Assembly (NCBI RefSeq): GCF_009914755.1
Contig: NC_060937.1
Reading direction: 5' to 3' (one strand)
From: the human T2T-CHM13v2.0 reference genome, Homo sapiens
Length of the DNA: 64,000 nt
A model generated the notes under the pieces. That model saw only the letters and a program-made list of their open reading frames with translations, made no database searches and was not told the DNA's origin. Shown here one piece after another: positions 53,091 through 64,000 of the stretch (its first letter is position 1; each line of letters opens with the position of its first letter). The position numbers were made by a program, and so were the translations under genes.

Positions 53091-53484
53091 AGAAAGACCA
53101 TCCGCAGTCTTACCAACTTGCTTTCCACCTCTTTATCCATCCACCAGCCACTGAGGATGGTAGTGAGTTTCCTCAGGGTTTTCCTTCAGAAACAAAAGTT
53201 GATCAGATGGCTCCCCGTCAATCACTGATGCCAGGCACTATCGCTGCAGAGGTCTCTGTCAAGACTCTCCCAAGAGCAGCTGCCTTCAGTTGAGCACCAT
53301 TTCCCTCCCCAACTTTTGGGGCAAGTTTGGCTGGCATGTCATCTGTTCAGTGTGTGTCTCCACTCAGCTTGAGTCTGTAGGGTAACAATAACATTTCCTC
53401 GTTCAGTTAGCCAGTTACCTCCAGAAATGAAAGTAACTGAAACTGGAACTGGAACTGCAGTGATGTTATTTAAAGAAATTCCTG

Positions 53485-53857
<373 letters not shown>

Positions 53858-54315
53858 CTATCTCTAAAGCCTAGCACAGGCTCTGATTCATGGCAAATGA
53901 ATGAATGAATGAATGCTCTAAGCTGTACACAGCTGGAAAGTAAGGCAATATTTTCAAATTAGATGCTGAAAACATATTGGCATAGCTCCTTTCTTTCCCC
54001 TTATTTTTAGTTTTTGGCCTAGGTCATAATTAAGTTAAAGATTTCTTCCAGGGGTGACTTCTCAAGTACAATAAAATAGGCAGACTTTGTCTACAGTGCC
54101 CCGTCCTTGCATTCAGCAGCTCCATGGTTGTTCATACAGGACTGGGAGATGCTATTTTCTGCCTAAAAGATTGGGATGGGAAAGGCCAGGTTGTGAAGGG
54201 AGGCATCTCCACAGTGAGAACTCCTGCAGGCTCCTGTGCTCAGTAACTGTGTTGGCTGCTTTGGGGGCTGCTCCTGTTGGTGGCTCAGTATGAGAGGCCT
54301 GGTTCCTGATGGCAA

Positions 54316-54633
54316 TGTGCAAGGTTAGGCTGTTGAGCTCATCAGTTAATAGCTACGTGCCCTGTAGAAGCTGCACCCTCAGCATGTCCATCCTGCTGCT
54401 GTTTGAAATCCCATATGCCAAAGCAAGGGCAGTGTCCATCTTGTTTCCAAGCTCATTATTCCTAAAAGATGCAGGATAATTGCCCAGTCTACCAAGCAAT
54501 GATTTCAGATGATTGCAAGTCAAAATCTCCGCCAGAACCTTCAAACATCCTGCAATAATAATTACATGTCAACTCCGGGGTTACCCTCTAAAGATTCTCC
54601 TTTTGTAGTGTGAATATCTCTTTATTATGGGCT
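54316..54633 (+). repeat. Dispersed ~315-bp direct repeat, copy 1 (partner 57879-58207)
   Basis: It is collinear with the partner; a manual count gives about 28 substitutions and one ~5-bp indel. Confidence 0.95.
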
Positions 54634-56144
54634 GGAACCGATAATAAATTCATCATATGGAGCTAGGTCACAACTAAGTAAGAGCAGTTTAGAACTGAAG
54701 AGTCCACACGGCTCACTGCCTTCCCCTGTGCCGTTGACTGCTGGTTTAATAAATCCAACTCATCAGGTAGGTCTTATTTCTGAGAAAAGACTGTGAACAC
54801 TTCCCACTGGACTAGGGACACCTCTTTATGCCCCCTACTCACTAGAGCACTCTTACTCTATTGACTATATAAACCCCTCAGAATCATTTCCTGTGATTGA
54901 TTGAGAAGATAAAATCAAAAGTTATTGAGATTTTAAAAGGAAAAAAGAAATCTCACTTTAGAAAAATGGAAAACTTATTTTGCTCACATTCCATAAAATT
55001 ACTTATATTCTCGCAGGACTCAGCAGAGGATTTTGCCTGATACCTGCCTGGAGTCACATGGGATTCACTTTCCCAGTTGTTCACAAGGAGGTGATTAATG
55101 ATGAGCCTGAAAGTCACCACTCAGGAAGGATGTTCTTTATGACTTTGGCCTACTTTTCTAAAAATGGACTCAAAGGAGTGAGTCTCATTTAAATGCCTGG
55201 AAGAGAAAGTAACCTACCTGATTATTGCAGCCCAAAGGACTCGGGAGAGGGAGACTTCATGAGCAGAGGCTGAAGTAGAAGTTTGGATTAAAAACAATGA
55301 AAAAGTAGACAAGCAGTGGAACATAAAATTAAAAACACAAAACAAACACAACAAGCATTTGTAAGGAGAACCAGTTAGCAATACACTCTGATGGTAGATG
55401 GGTAATGATGTAAATACAAGCTGAATAACCTCCTCACTATGCATCTGTGAGACACAATTAGGAGAGAGGCTCACAATTGAGTAAGGGAAAGAGCTATAGC
55501 AACTTGTAATTAAGCAAAAACAAGCTGCTCAGGAGGCGTCACTAGGCTACGGTTTGTTGTTCTAACACTCACCACCACATAGCACATGCTTTTCTATTTT
55601 GCAGAATGCCATTCCATTGACAAGATGTATATAGTTTGTTTTCACAGAGGTCTGTCCTTGCCCTTTCCATGGAAGCAATACTTCTTCTATGATTACTTAG
55701 CTGTTTGGGACATGTGCAAATGTAAACAAAACTACCACAACACTTCCAAAGGCGTGGCTGACTCACTGGGCAGCCTACTTGTTGCAGGACGTTCCCTGCA
55801 CCACCCCTCCCATGGAGATGGCTCTCCTGGTGAACTCCTGCCCCCTCCTTCCCACTACTTCATGCCACAGTGTAGGTGTAAGCAACTACAAAATAGGCCT
55901 ATGCAGACCCCATGTTCTTTAGTCCAACTTTGGCTCCATGTGAGGAAGGGCAGATATGGCAGCCCTTACCCTCCTGCAGCACAAGGACAGCTGGGGAGAC
56001 AGAGGGAATCTACATGGGACTCCCTAAATTTGCACAGAGCATAATGAAATCCAGAGTGTTGCAGCCAGAAGGAGATATAACAATTCAAAGGAAGAGGAAG
56101 TCGATAAGAATGAAAATGACCAAGAAATGCTTTGTGGATTAAAT

Positions 56145-56365
56145 GGAGGCAGCATGGCATAGTGAGTATGTGTGTGGCTTTCAGAGCCAGCCAGATGACC
56201 CTCAATGAGTTCATCAGTGTCTCTGAGCTTTGATGCTCTTACCCATTTTTTTTTCAAATAGAAAATATAATACCCATCCCACCACTCCTAAGTATGAAAG
56301 GAAATAACTTATGTAATGCACTCAGCAGTGTTTAGCACATTGTAATTACTCAACAAAGGGAACGA
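56145..56365 (+). mobile_element. MIR SINE
   Basis: It reads gaggcagcatggcatagtgag...ggctttcagagccag...tatgtaatgcactcagcagtg. Confidence 0.7.
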
Positions 56366-56914
56366 TTACTCTTACAGAATTTTGGCTGGACCTAGAAATC
56401 TAAGATTAGGGTAGATGGATGGTGAAGAGGGTCATATTCCACGCTGGAAATGAAAGTATAATACACAGTTTTTGCACATACATGTGTTCATTCTTACACG
56501 TGTGTACACTCAAGAAACACCTTTCTAATGACCAATGATTGGAGGCAGCAAGAAGGAGACCATGAGCCTGTGATGCTGAAGGAATCCTTGAGTAAACTTT
56601 CGACAAGGACTCATGAGTAAGGTCAAGGTTAGGAGGTGTTGGGGAAAAAAAGGTCAATAATAAAACACATTCACTATGTTACCCTACTCTATGCACCTTA
56701 AATCAGCACAGTAACCTATGAAATTGACATTAAAGGGTAAAAACTCAGGTTGTTTTCCCAATCCATGGAACCCCAGAGATAACTGGCCTCTTTCATCTTG
56801 TTACCTGAAGTATCCAATATGACAAAATCAGGAAGAATCATACATAGATTGTGTTTTATTTCTGGGGAAAAAAAATCTTAAGTTTTCTTGAGAAAGCTAA
56901 CTGGTCTTGTTAAA

Positions 56915-57770
56915 TCATTTCTTTATTCATTCTTTTAATAAGTACTTTATGGATTATCTACTATATAACAAACATGTGCCAGAAACTGAATAGTGAGAAG
57001 CAAACTCTGGTCTCTTCCCTTGTGTATTTTAGAGCCCAACTGGCTGCAGACATCAATTAAATGATAATGTAAATATGAATTTATGAATTGTGAAAAGGGC
57101 CATGATGGACATGTTACATAGAGAGCTAAGAATATGCATGGGATCTGATCTGGTCAAGGAAATGAGGATGAACATCTTGTGGGCAGAGATCTGAACAATT
57201 CAGGGAATTAAATGGGGGATGGGGAAAGTGGTTTAGACTCAGGGAAACATGAGTGGCCTGAGAGAGAAGGGAGCAAGTGTGGTCTGAGAAACTAAAAGAT
57301 GGCTATGGCTAAGGTGTTATTAGGTTGACGCAAAAGCAATTGTGGTTTTTGTCATTACTTTCAATGCAAAAACTGCAATTGCTTTTGCACCAACTTAACG
57401 GAAGCCCAGTGAACAGAGGCAGAAAAAAGCTGAAAGTATGTGCAAGGACCTGGACCATAAGGCTATGTTAGAAATTTGGGACTTTTTTAAGAGCAATAGG
57501 AAGCCCATTGAAGTATTTTAAGGTCTCCCAGACTTGCTGGGGAGAATAAATGGAAGAGGAACAAGACTGAAAATGTGAAGACCAAAATGTCAAGAGTCGT
57601 GGGGAGTGATGATGCTGGCTACAAAGAGGGTGATGATGCTGAACATAATCAGAAGTGAATAGACTTGAGAGATAGTTAGGATTTGAAATCAGAGAGACAT
57701 GGGGACAGATTGGTTATTTGGAGGTGCACAAGAAGGTACCAAGATAGAAAACTAGGACAGGCAAGATCAG
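56915..57770 (-). mobile_element. L2 fragment hosting MADE1
   Basis: It contains cattcttttaataagtactttatggattatctactata, gagcaataggaagcccattgaagtattttaag and gacttgagagatagttagga. Confidence 0.7.
57320..57398. mobile_element. MADE1 (Hsmar1 mariner MITE), near-palindromic
   Basis: It reads TA|TTAGGTTGACGCAAAAGCAATTGTGGTTTTTG...CAAAAACTGCAATTGCTTTTGCACCAACTTAA. Confidence 0.95.
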
Positions 57771-57878
57771 TGATCTGAGAGGCTGGACAGTCAGAGGAAA
57801 TCTTGAGGAAACAGGGGACCCAAGATGCTTCCTTGGGTCAGCAGAGATAAGCAAGGCCGGGTGGTGGGGGCTCTCCCT

Positions 57879-58207
57879 TGCAAGGTTAGGCTGTTGTGCA
57901 AGGTTAGGCTGTTGATTCTATCAGTTAATAGCTACATGCCCTGTAGAAGCTAGACCATCAGCATGTCCATCCTGCTGCTGTTTACCATCCCATATGCCAA
58001 AGCAAGGGCAGTGTCCCTCTTGTTTCCAAGCTCATTAGTCCTAAAAGATGCAGGAGAATTGCCCAGTCTACCAAGCAATGATTCCAGACGATTGCAAGTC
58101 AAAATCTCTGCCAGAGCTTTCAAACATCTTGTGATAATAATTACATGCCTGGGGTTACCCTCTAAAGATTCTCCTTTTATAGTGTGAATATCTCCTTCTC
58201 ATGGGCT
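57879..58207 (+). repeat. Dispersed ~315-bp direct repeat, copy 2, starting with an 18-bp tandem stutter
   Basis: TGCAAGGTTAGGCTGTTG is at 57879-57896 and 57897-57914; the rest is collinear with 54316-54633. Confidence 0.95.
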
Positions 58208-59569
58208 CCAGATCTAAAGGGAATGTATTGGCTTCTTCTGCCAAGAGGTGGGTGCTTAGGAAGTGCTACCTGGGAGCCCAAAAAAGAGCCTAGCAGTGAG
58301 AATATCTGGGCATGTCCCCTAGTGGGAGCAGAGAGAGCTGTTTGGAAGTTCTGAGGAGTGGTGTGGCACCCAGCAGAGCAGCTCCTGGGCATCTAAGAGT
58401 TGTTCACTGGAAACACTCAGTGAAGACAGCACAAGGCAGAGGAAGGTCCCAGGCTGGTATGTGCCTCTCAGAACAGAAAAGTGCCTTTTTCTACCCAGGG
58501 TCTGTACCTTACCAGGCCTTCTTTTCATCAGCTTTGGTTCTTCAAGTGGGGAGGAGTCACTGAATGCTCCTTGATACCTGCTAGCAGTGATAATTAAAAA
58601 ATATATATATATATACAGAGAGAGTTGTATTTGTAAGTTTTCTAAAGCACTAAGTTGGAAAAACTTGCAAGTGGCTGAGGGTTTCCCCAGGTCACTAAGA
58701 GCATCTTCAGGACAAGAGCATATTTTCTATACCACTGCATTCAGAGTGTCGAGCATGACTGAATGAATAAATGCAGTCCTGCTTCCAGGTTAGAGTAACA
58801 AGTGCATTTCAGAAGACCTCAGGCAAGGAATCAATCAACAGATGAGCTTGGCAAAATTGAAAATATATTTCATTACTGTTTGTGTGTGGGTGTGTGGGGG
58901 CGACACTCTAGAGGTCTTGTAAAATAGAATCTTGAAGGCTAATTTTAGCCCCGTTTCCACATCTTGCTAACTTATTTTCCTCTGACATGGAATAAAGCCA
59001 TGAAGAAGTGCCAACGACTAACACCCAGGGTTTTTATGCTCCTTCATTGGCAGAGGTTGTTTTGCCCTTTGTTGTTGTCAGCTGCCAGAGGAATTGCATC
59101 ATCAGGTTGATGGCAGTCTTGCCCTGCTGCTCTATTCCTTCCATGACCATGAGAGTAGGGGGCACAGCACCTCAGACGTGGGCTGTTGGAACTGATCTCC
59201 CACCACGTAGGGAGTGGGGCCAGGCTTGAAAGTGTTCGGAGGCGTGTGGCAGACCATCCTGTAAAGAAGAGGCTCATTTCCCTTGTTTGTCCTCCAACTT
59301 AAACTTCATTTCCAAGCATTGAATCTTGGCTGCCTCAAATTCCCAGACAACCCAATATACAATACTGCCTATAATTTTGAGTTCAGGTCTCTAGAGGGAC
59401 AGTTTATATGCTTATAAAGTGTCATTCTTCCAAGCCCTGTCTCCCCCATCAGCTGCATATTTTATAACTCTGCCATCCTTCATTCTGGGTATTTTTGTTC
59501 ACTTATCAGTCTTCTCTTTCCATGGTCAGCAGGACCATGTGACCCACATAAGTAAACATTTATTAAAAA

Positions 59570-60460
59570 TTCACATGATTAGAAATGCAAATTAAAATGA
59601 CACTGTATTTTTTTGCCAATCAAGTTGGCAAAGTTTTAAAAATGTTAATACTTAATGTTGTCAAGTTGCCAAGAAAATGGGTACTGTCTTACACTCTTGT
59701 CAAGGATATAAATAGCTCAACCCTTCTGGAAGGTAATAGAGCAATTTTATCCTATTGCTCTATTACCTATTGTCTTGAAAATAATACATGTCCTTTGACC
59801 CAGCATTTACACATTGAGGGTGTTTGCTAAGTCTCTCAATTTAACTCTCGCAATAATTTCATGAAGTAGTTACTATATTATTGGTACTCACTTACTAATA
59901 AGAAAACCGAAACTCAGAAAGGGTAATTTGTTCCAGGTTACACAGTAAATATATGGCCAGAAAGGGACCCAAATACAGATCTCAAATGTGAGACTAAAAT
60001 CTCAAATGATGCCTACGTCTGTGTTCTTATACTTACTGCAAGAATTATCAATGATTTACTTATCTAATAGGGAATATTGAAAACAACCTGAATATCCAAT
60101 AATAGTGAGTTGATTTTTTAAATTATAGTGTAACTATACAGATATATATATATACAAAAAAGAACATATATTATTTTTAAATGATATTGTAGAAGAATAT
60201 TTAATGACATAGAAATATGTTCATAATAGATAAGTAAAAAGACAAGGTCATACAACAGAATGTACAATATAATCTCAACTTTATAAAAATATTGGTATAC
60301 ATATGCATAGGAAAAAGACCAGAAGAATAGGCATCAAAAAGTTAATAGTGTTCATCTCTTACTTCTGGAGTTATGAGACTCTCTGCTGTCTTCATCCTTA
60401 TCTGCATTTTCTGCATTTTGTATAACATATGCATATTTTCTGTAAGGAAAGTAAATTACT
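59570..60460 (+). mobile_element. Old L1ME/MC 3' end with an internal MIR (~59830-60030)
   Basis: It contains agaaatgcaaattaaaatgacactg and aaacaacctgaatatccaataatag. The MIR core reads aagaaaaccgaaactcagaaagggtaatttgttcc. Confidence 0.7.
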
Positions 60461-60473
60461 AAACATGATTTAG

Positions 60474-60615
60474 GGCCAGACCCAGGGGCTCAAGCCTAAA
60501 ATCCCAGCACTTTAGGAGGCCAAGGTTGGAGGATCACGTTAGCCCAGGAGTTCGAGGCTGCTGTGAGCACTCCAGCCTGGGTGACAGGATGAAACCCTGT
60601 CTCTAAAATATAAAA
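60474..60615 (+). mobile_element. Alu monomer (FAM/FRAM/FLAM-like)
   Basis: It reads aatcccagcactttaggaggccaagg...gcccaggagttcgaggctgctgtgagc...ccagcctgggtgacag. Confidence 0.8.
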
Positions 60616-60709
60616 ATTTTTAAAAAGATTTAAAAGTCTTGAAAATCCACGTCTACCCCTCCACCCACATTCCCACCCTTTAGCCTGGATGGACTCCAGA
60701 CCCATAATA

Positions 60710-61310
60710 GTAGCCTCCATTTACTACACATTTGCTACTTGCCTGGCCAGTAAGCTTTTAGGGGAAAATTTATGTACTTCTCACTATCAACAATTTTAGG
60801 CCTATGTCACAAATAAGAAAGCTGAGGGCTCCATGACATTATACAACTTGTCAAAGGTGGCACAGTTCATAAGTGGCAGAGCTGGGACTCCAGCCCTATC
60901 ATCTGATTCCAGAGCCTATAGAGCGGTGGTTGAGAGCAAGGGCCCTGTAGCAAGCGGGCTTGGGCTCAGATTCTGACTGAGTCACTTGCTAGCTATGAGG
61001 AGTTCTTTCCTCTTGGTACTTCAATTGCTTCTTTTGTAAATTTGGAAAATAATGGTGTTTTTCATGTAACAATGAGAATTAAATTAGTTAATTATGTAAG
61101 GTGCTTAGAACAGCATATGGTATGTAGTACCTGAAGGGCTATTATCAGTAAAAGGGCCCTACTAGTTAATGCTGGGAGGCAGGATAAAGTGGCTGAGGAA
61201 ACAGGGAGCCAAGTACATCTGGAACTGCAATCAGTGTTGGCCACTTAACTGGGTGACCTTGAGCAAGTTACCTGATCTCTCTGTGCCTCTATTTCATTAT
61301 CTTTTATGTC
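60710..61310. mobile_element. Cluster of three MIR fragments in mixed orientation
   Basis: Segments: ataagaaagctgagg...gtggcagagctgggactc (minus), gtggttgagagcaagggc...gtaaggtgcttagaacag (plus) and gggtgaccttgagcaagttacctgatctctctgtgcctc (plus). Confidence 0.7.
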
Positions 61311-62536
61311 AAATGCCTGGTTCCTGGTAATTGCTGATGATAAGTATTGTCCTAATCATTCTATCTTTTTTTTTTTTCCTGCACAGTGTGATGCAGTTGC
61401 TGGTTAGGAAGCCACCTCTTTGCTCAGGCTGAGCTCTACCCCTGGACCACACTGAAGAGCTATTGCTAAGATCCATATGGGGAAGCTGAAGTACAGTGAT
61501 AGATGTACTGTGCTCTTGATCTTTTTCAGGAGAGGGATATGTTCTGATTCTGAAGCAGGAAAAGAAGTTCGCCAGTTCAACACCTTTCTCCTTTACTTAT
61601 TTAACGACAACAATAACAAAATCTTCAGCTCTGCCAGAAACAAGAAGCCCCAAAATGTTTTGCTTCTTTTAATAGTACAAAAAAAAAATCCATCTGCTTG
61701 CCATTTACCTCCGGAGCCTGGAAGCACAGCAATTCTCAGAGCAGCGGCAGAGAGAGCAGCTTAATGGCTTTAAGGGTTTTTGACTGTATACAGCCTGGGA
61801 AAATAAACACCAGCCGCCATTAAGGTGTCTGCATGTTCCCCTGGGAGGAGAAGGGAAGAGGGAGAAATGATGTCAGCATCTCAGAGAGTGGCAGGACTCA
61901 TGTTGTTTTCTTCTTTTAAAATTATAAGACTAACGCTTGCTGCATTCCCGCCCACCGCTCCCTGTGCAATCTCTCCCAACTGTGCCAAGACACATAATCC
62001 TTGTTCCCTTGGACCACCCAGAAGGTCTGATTTGGAATGGCACTAAACAAATGACACCTCATCCAGACTCCTGGGAGCACCAGCCCTGGGAGAATGACTC
62101 CAGGTGGCAGTGGCTTTGGGGATGTAATCTAGTCCGATATCATCCCTCCCTGGGATGACTCCGGAGGGGCCACCTCAACTCCACACTTTTGATTTATTTG
62201 GGGTCAGCACCAGCAGTCTGGCTCAGCATGGACTACACTACTGGTCTTGGGAGTAGAGTAGCCAGAATCTCCTCCCATCAAGGTTGATCTGAGCCGTAGT
62301 CAGTTGTCCTGCTGGGGAAGGTAGGCCCTGGCTGAAGGGACACATACAGGCCTCCTTAGGTCAGATCCAATGTCCCAGCTGAGCCATTTCCTCAAGATAA
62401 AGCTTTAAGGGAAACCAATGGCCTGAGGAGTGTAGGAGATCATGTGGGGGCCTCAGAAAGAAAAGGCTGCTGAATTAAAGATGGATTCTTCAGCAAAATG
62501 TGTCCTCAGTAAGAGCAAACCAGAGATGTTCTAGAG

Positions 62537-62854
62537 CAGGGGTCTGCAAACTGAGGCCTGTGGTTCACATACAACCCACTGCCAGCTTTTATGCAGCTGG
62601 TGAGCTAAGATTAGTTTTCACATTTTTTTAATGGTTAGGGAGAAAAAAGCAAAAGAATGACAATATTTTGTAACACATGAAAATTATATGAAATTCAAAT
62701 ATTAATGCTCATAAGTAACATTTTTATTAGAACACAGCTCTCTGTGGCTGTTCTCATACAACAGAGTTGAAGAGTTGCAACAGAGGCCATGTAGCTCACA
62801 CAGCCTAAAATAGTTACTACGTGGCCCTCTAAAGAAAGGGTTTGCTGACCCCTG
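62537..62854. mobile_element. MER58B hAT MITE
   Basis: The TIRs are caggggtctgcaaac and gtttgctgacccctg. The body contains catgaaaattatatgaaattcaaat. Confidence 0.88.
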
Positions 62855-62862
62855 TTCTAAGG

Positions 62863-63046
62863 CAGTGGTGTTCAAACTTCAGTGTGCATCTGCAGTCACC
62901 TGCAGGGATTGTTAAAACAGATTGCAAGCCCCATTCTGAGTTTCTGCTTCAGTAGGTCTGAAGTAGAGTCTGAAATCTGCATTACTAATAAATTCCCAGG
63001 TGATGTGGATGCTGCTGGTCCAGTGGCCCCACTTTGCGAACCAGTG
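62863..63046. mobile_element. MER5A hAT MITE
   Basis: It reads cagtggtgttcaaactt...ttcccaggtgatgtggatgctgctggtcc...actttgcgaaccagtg. Confidence 0.88.
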
Positions 63047-63509
63047 TTCAAGAGAGCCAGGAACTGTGATAACCCACTGGACAGAGAGAGCAAAAGGAAA
63101 ATGAGAGAAGACACTGAGGGGAAGGGATTTCTGAGGAATAGTAAAGCTGGAAAGGTAGGTAAAGAAATGTTCAAGGGAATAAACATGTGTTTGAGTGTAC
63201 TTCTCAGCAAACATGCACATACAAACAGCAGACAGAGAGGAAAATGAAAGATTTGGAGCTTTAATGGGAAGGAGACACTTCTTTGATTAAAATATGTGGG
63301 CTGAAAAACAACAAATTCCATTGAAGTTCACTACTCAAGTTCACTTGGCTTTTAACCACCTCACTCCCTCTAAGTGGGACTTGAAAGAGTTGCTTATGAA
63401 AGTACTAGGTTGAAAATGAAGAAGTTAGTTCTTAACCCTTTGGGGTAAGGGTGTTTTCATTCAAACTTTATTAACTTCTCTCTCTTAGGCAAAGGAGCCA
63501 GTTATTTGT

Positions 63510-63960
63510 TTGGGTTATCTATTGCTACATATCAAACTATTGCAAACTTTGTGGCTTAAGACACAATAACTGTTTGTTGTTGTTGTTGTTGTTGTTCAGG
63601 ATTCTGTAGCTGGACTGGGTTCACCTGGGTAGCAGCCCTGCTGCTCTTGTCAGAGGCCATTGGTGTGGCTACATTTAGCCACTGGGTTAGGAGGGATGCT
63701 TGCATATCTGGGATCTCAGGGCCTCCCCCTCATTATGGGGCCTCTCCACGTGTCTTTCCAACAGGACAGCCAGACTTTTTACATAATGGTTTAGGGTTCC
63801 CAGATGCACAAAAGCAGAAGCTGACAGGCCTTTTTAAGATTTAGGGACAGAACTGGCACAGTAACACTTCTGGGGCTTAAACTGGTTGGCCAATCCAGAT
63901 TCCAGCGGACATGACCCCACAGGTACAAACACTGAGAGGCAAGGCTCCAATGTAACAGAC
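63510..63960 (-). mobile_element. MLT1G/H-like LTR
   Basis: It reads gttatctattgctacatatcaaact...gtggcttaagacacaata...cagaactggcacagtaacacttct. Confidence 0.65.
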
Positions 63961-64000
63961 TAGAGAGGGGTTTGTCTGGGAAGGATTTCCAGAAAACGAA

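Noticed and set aside
54316-58207. The 315-bp direct repeats as the paired LTRs of a novel retroelement
   Set aside because: Only one copy ends in CA. There is no recognisable PBS, polypurine tract or TSD, and the interior is MIR/L2/MADE1-containing genomic DNA with no gag/pol trace.

Overview
Primate (catarrhine, human-like) non-coding DNA that is CpG-poor and largely made of decayed transposons. These include a 5'-intact but internally deleted L1PB, older L1M/L2/CR1/MIR relics, AluJ/AluS elements and Alu monomers, many solo LTRs (LTR5A of HERV-K HML-2, MER41, MER4D, THE1/MST/MLT1, LTR40) and Tigger/hAT/mariner MITEs. I find no credible protein-coding exon, structural RNA gene or CpG island; the supplied ORFs are repeat-derived or chance ORFs. 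I cannot support a new gene system here. The most unusual signal is a cluster of short-range templated copy events. One is a two-piece insert inside the MER41 LTR built from sequence ~1.6 kb upstream and ~1 kb downstream. There are also two non-tandem direct duplications (~110 bp and ~315 bp) and several fold-back scars. Other notable items are tandem GAS motifs in the MER41 LTR, a MADE1 hairpin with a symmetric paired substitution, and a few candidate enhancer and splice motifs. Subfamily names come from recalled consensus sequences, not from a database search. Boundaries of old repeats are approximate.
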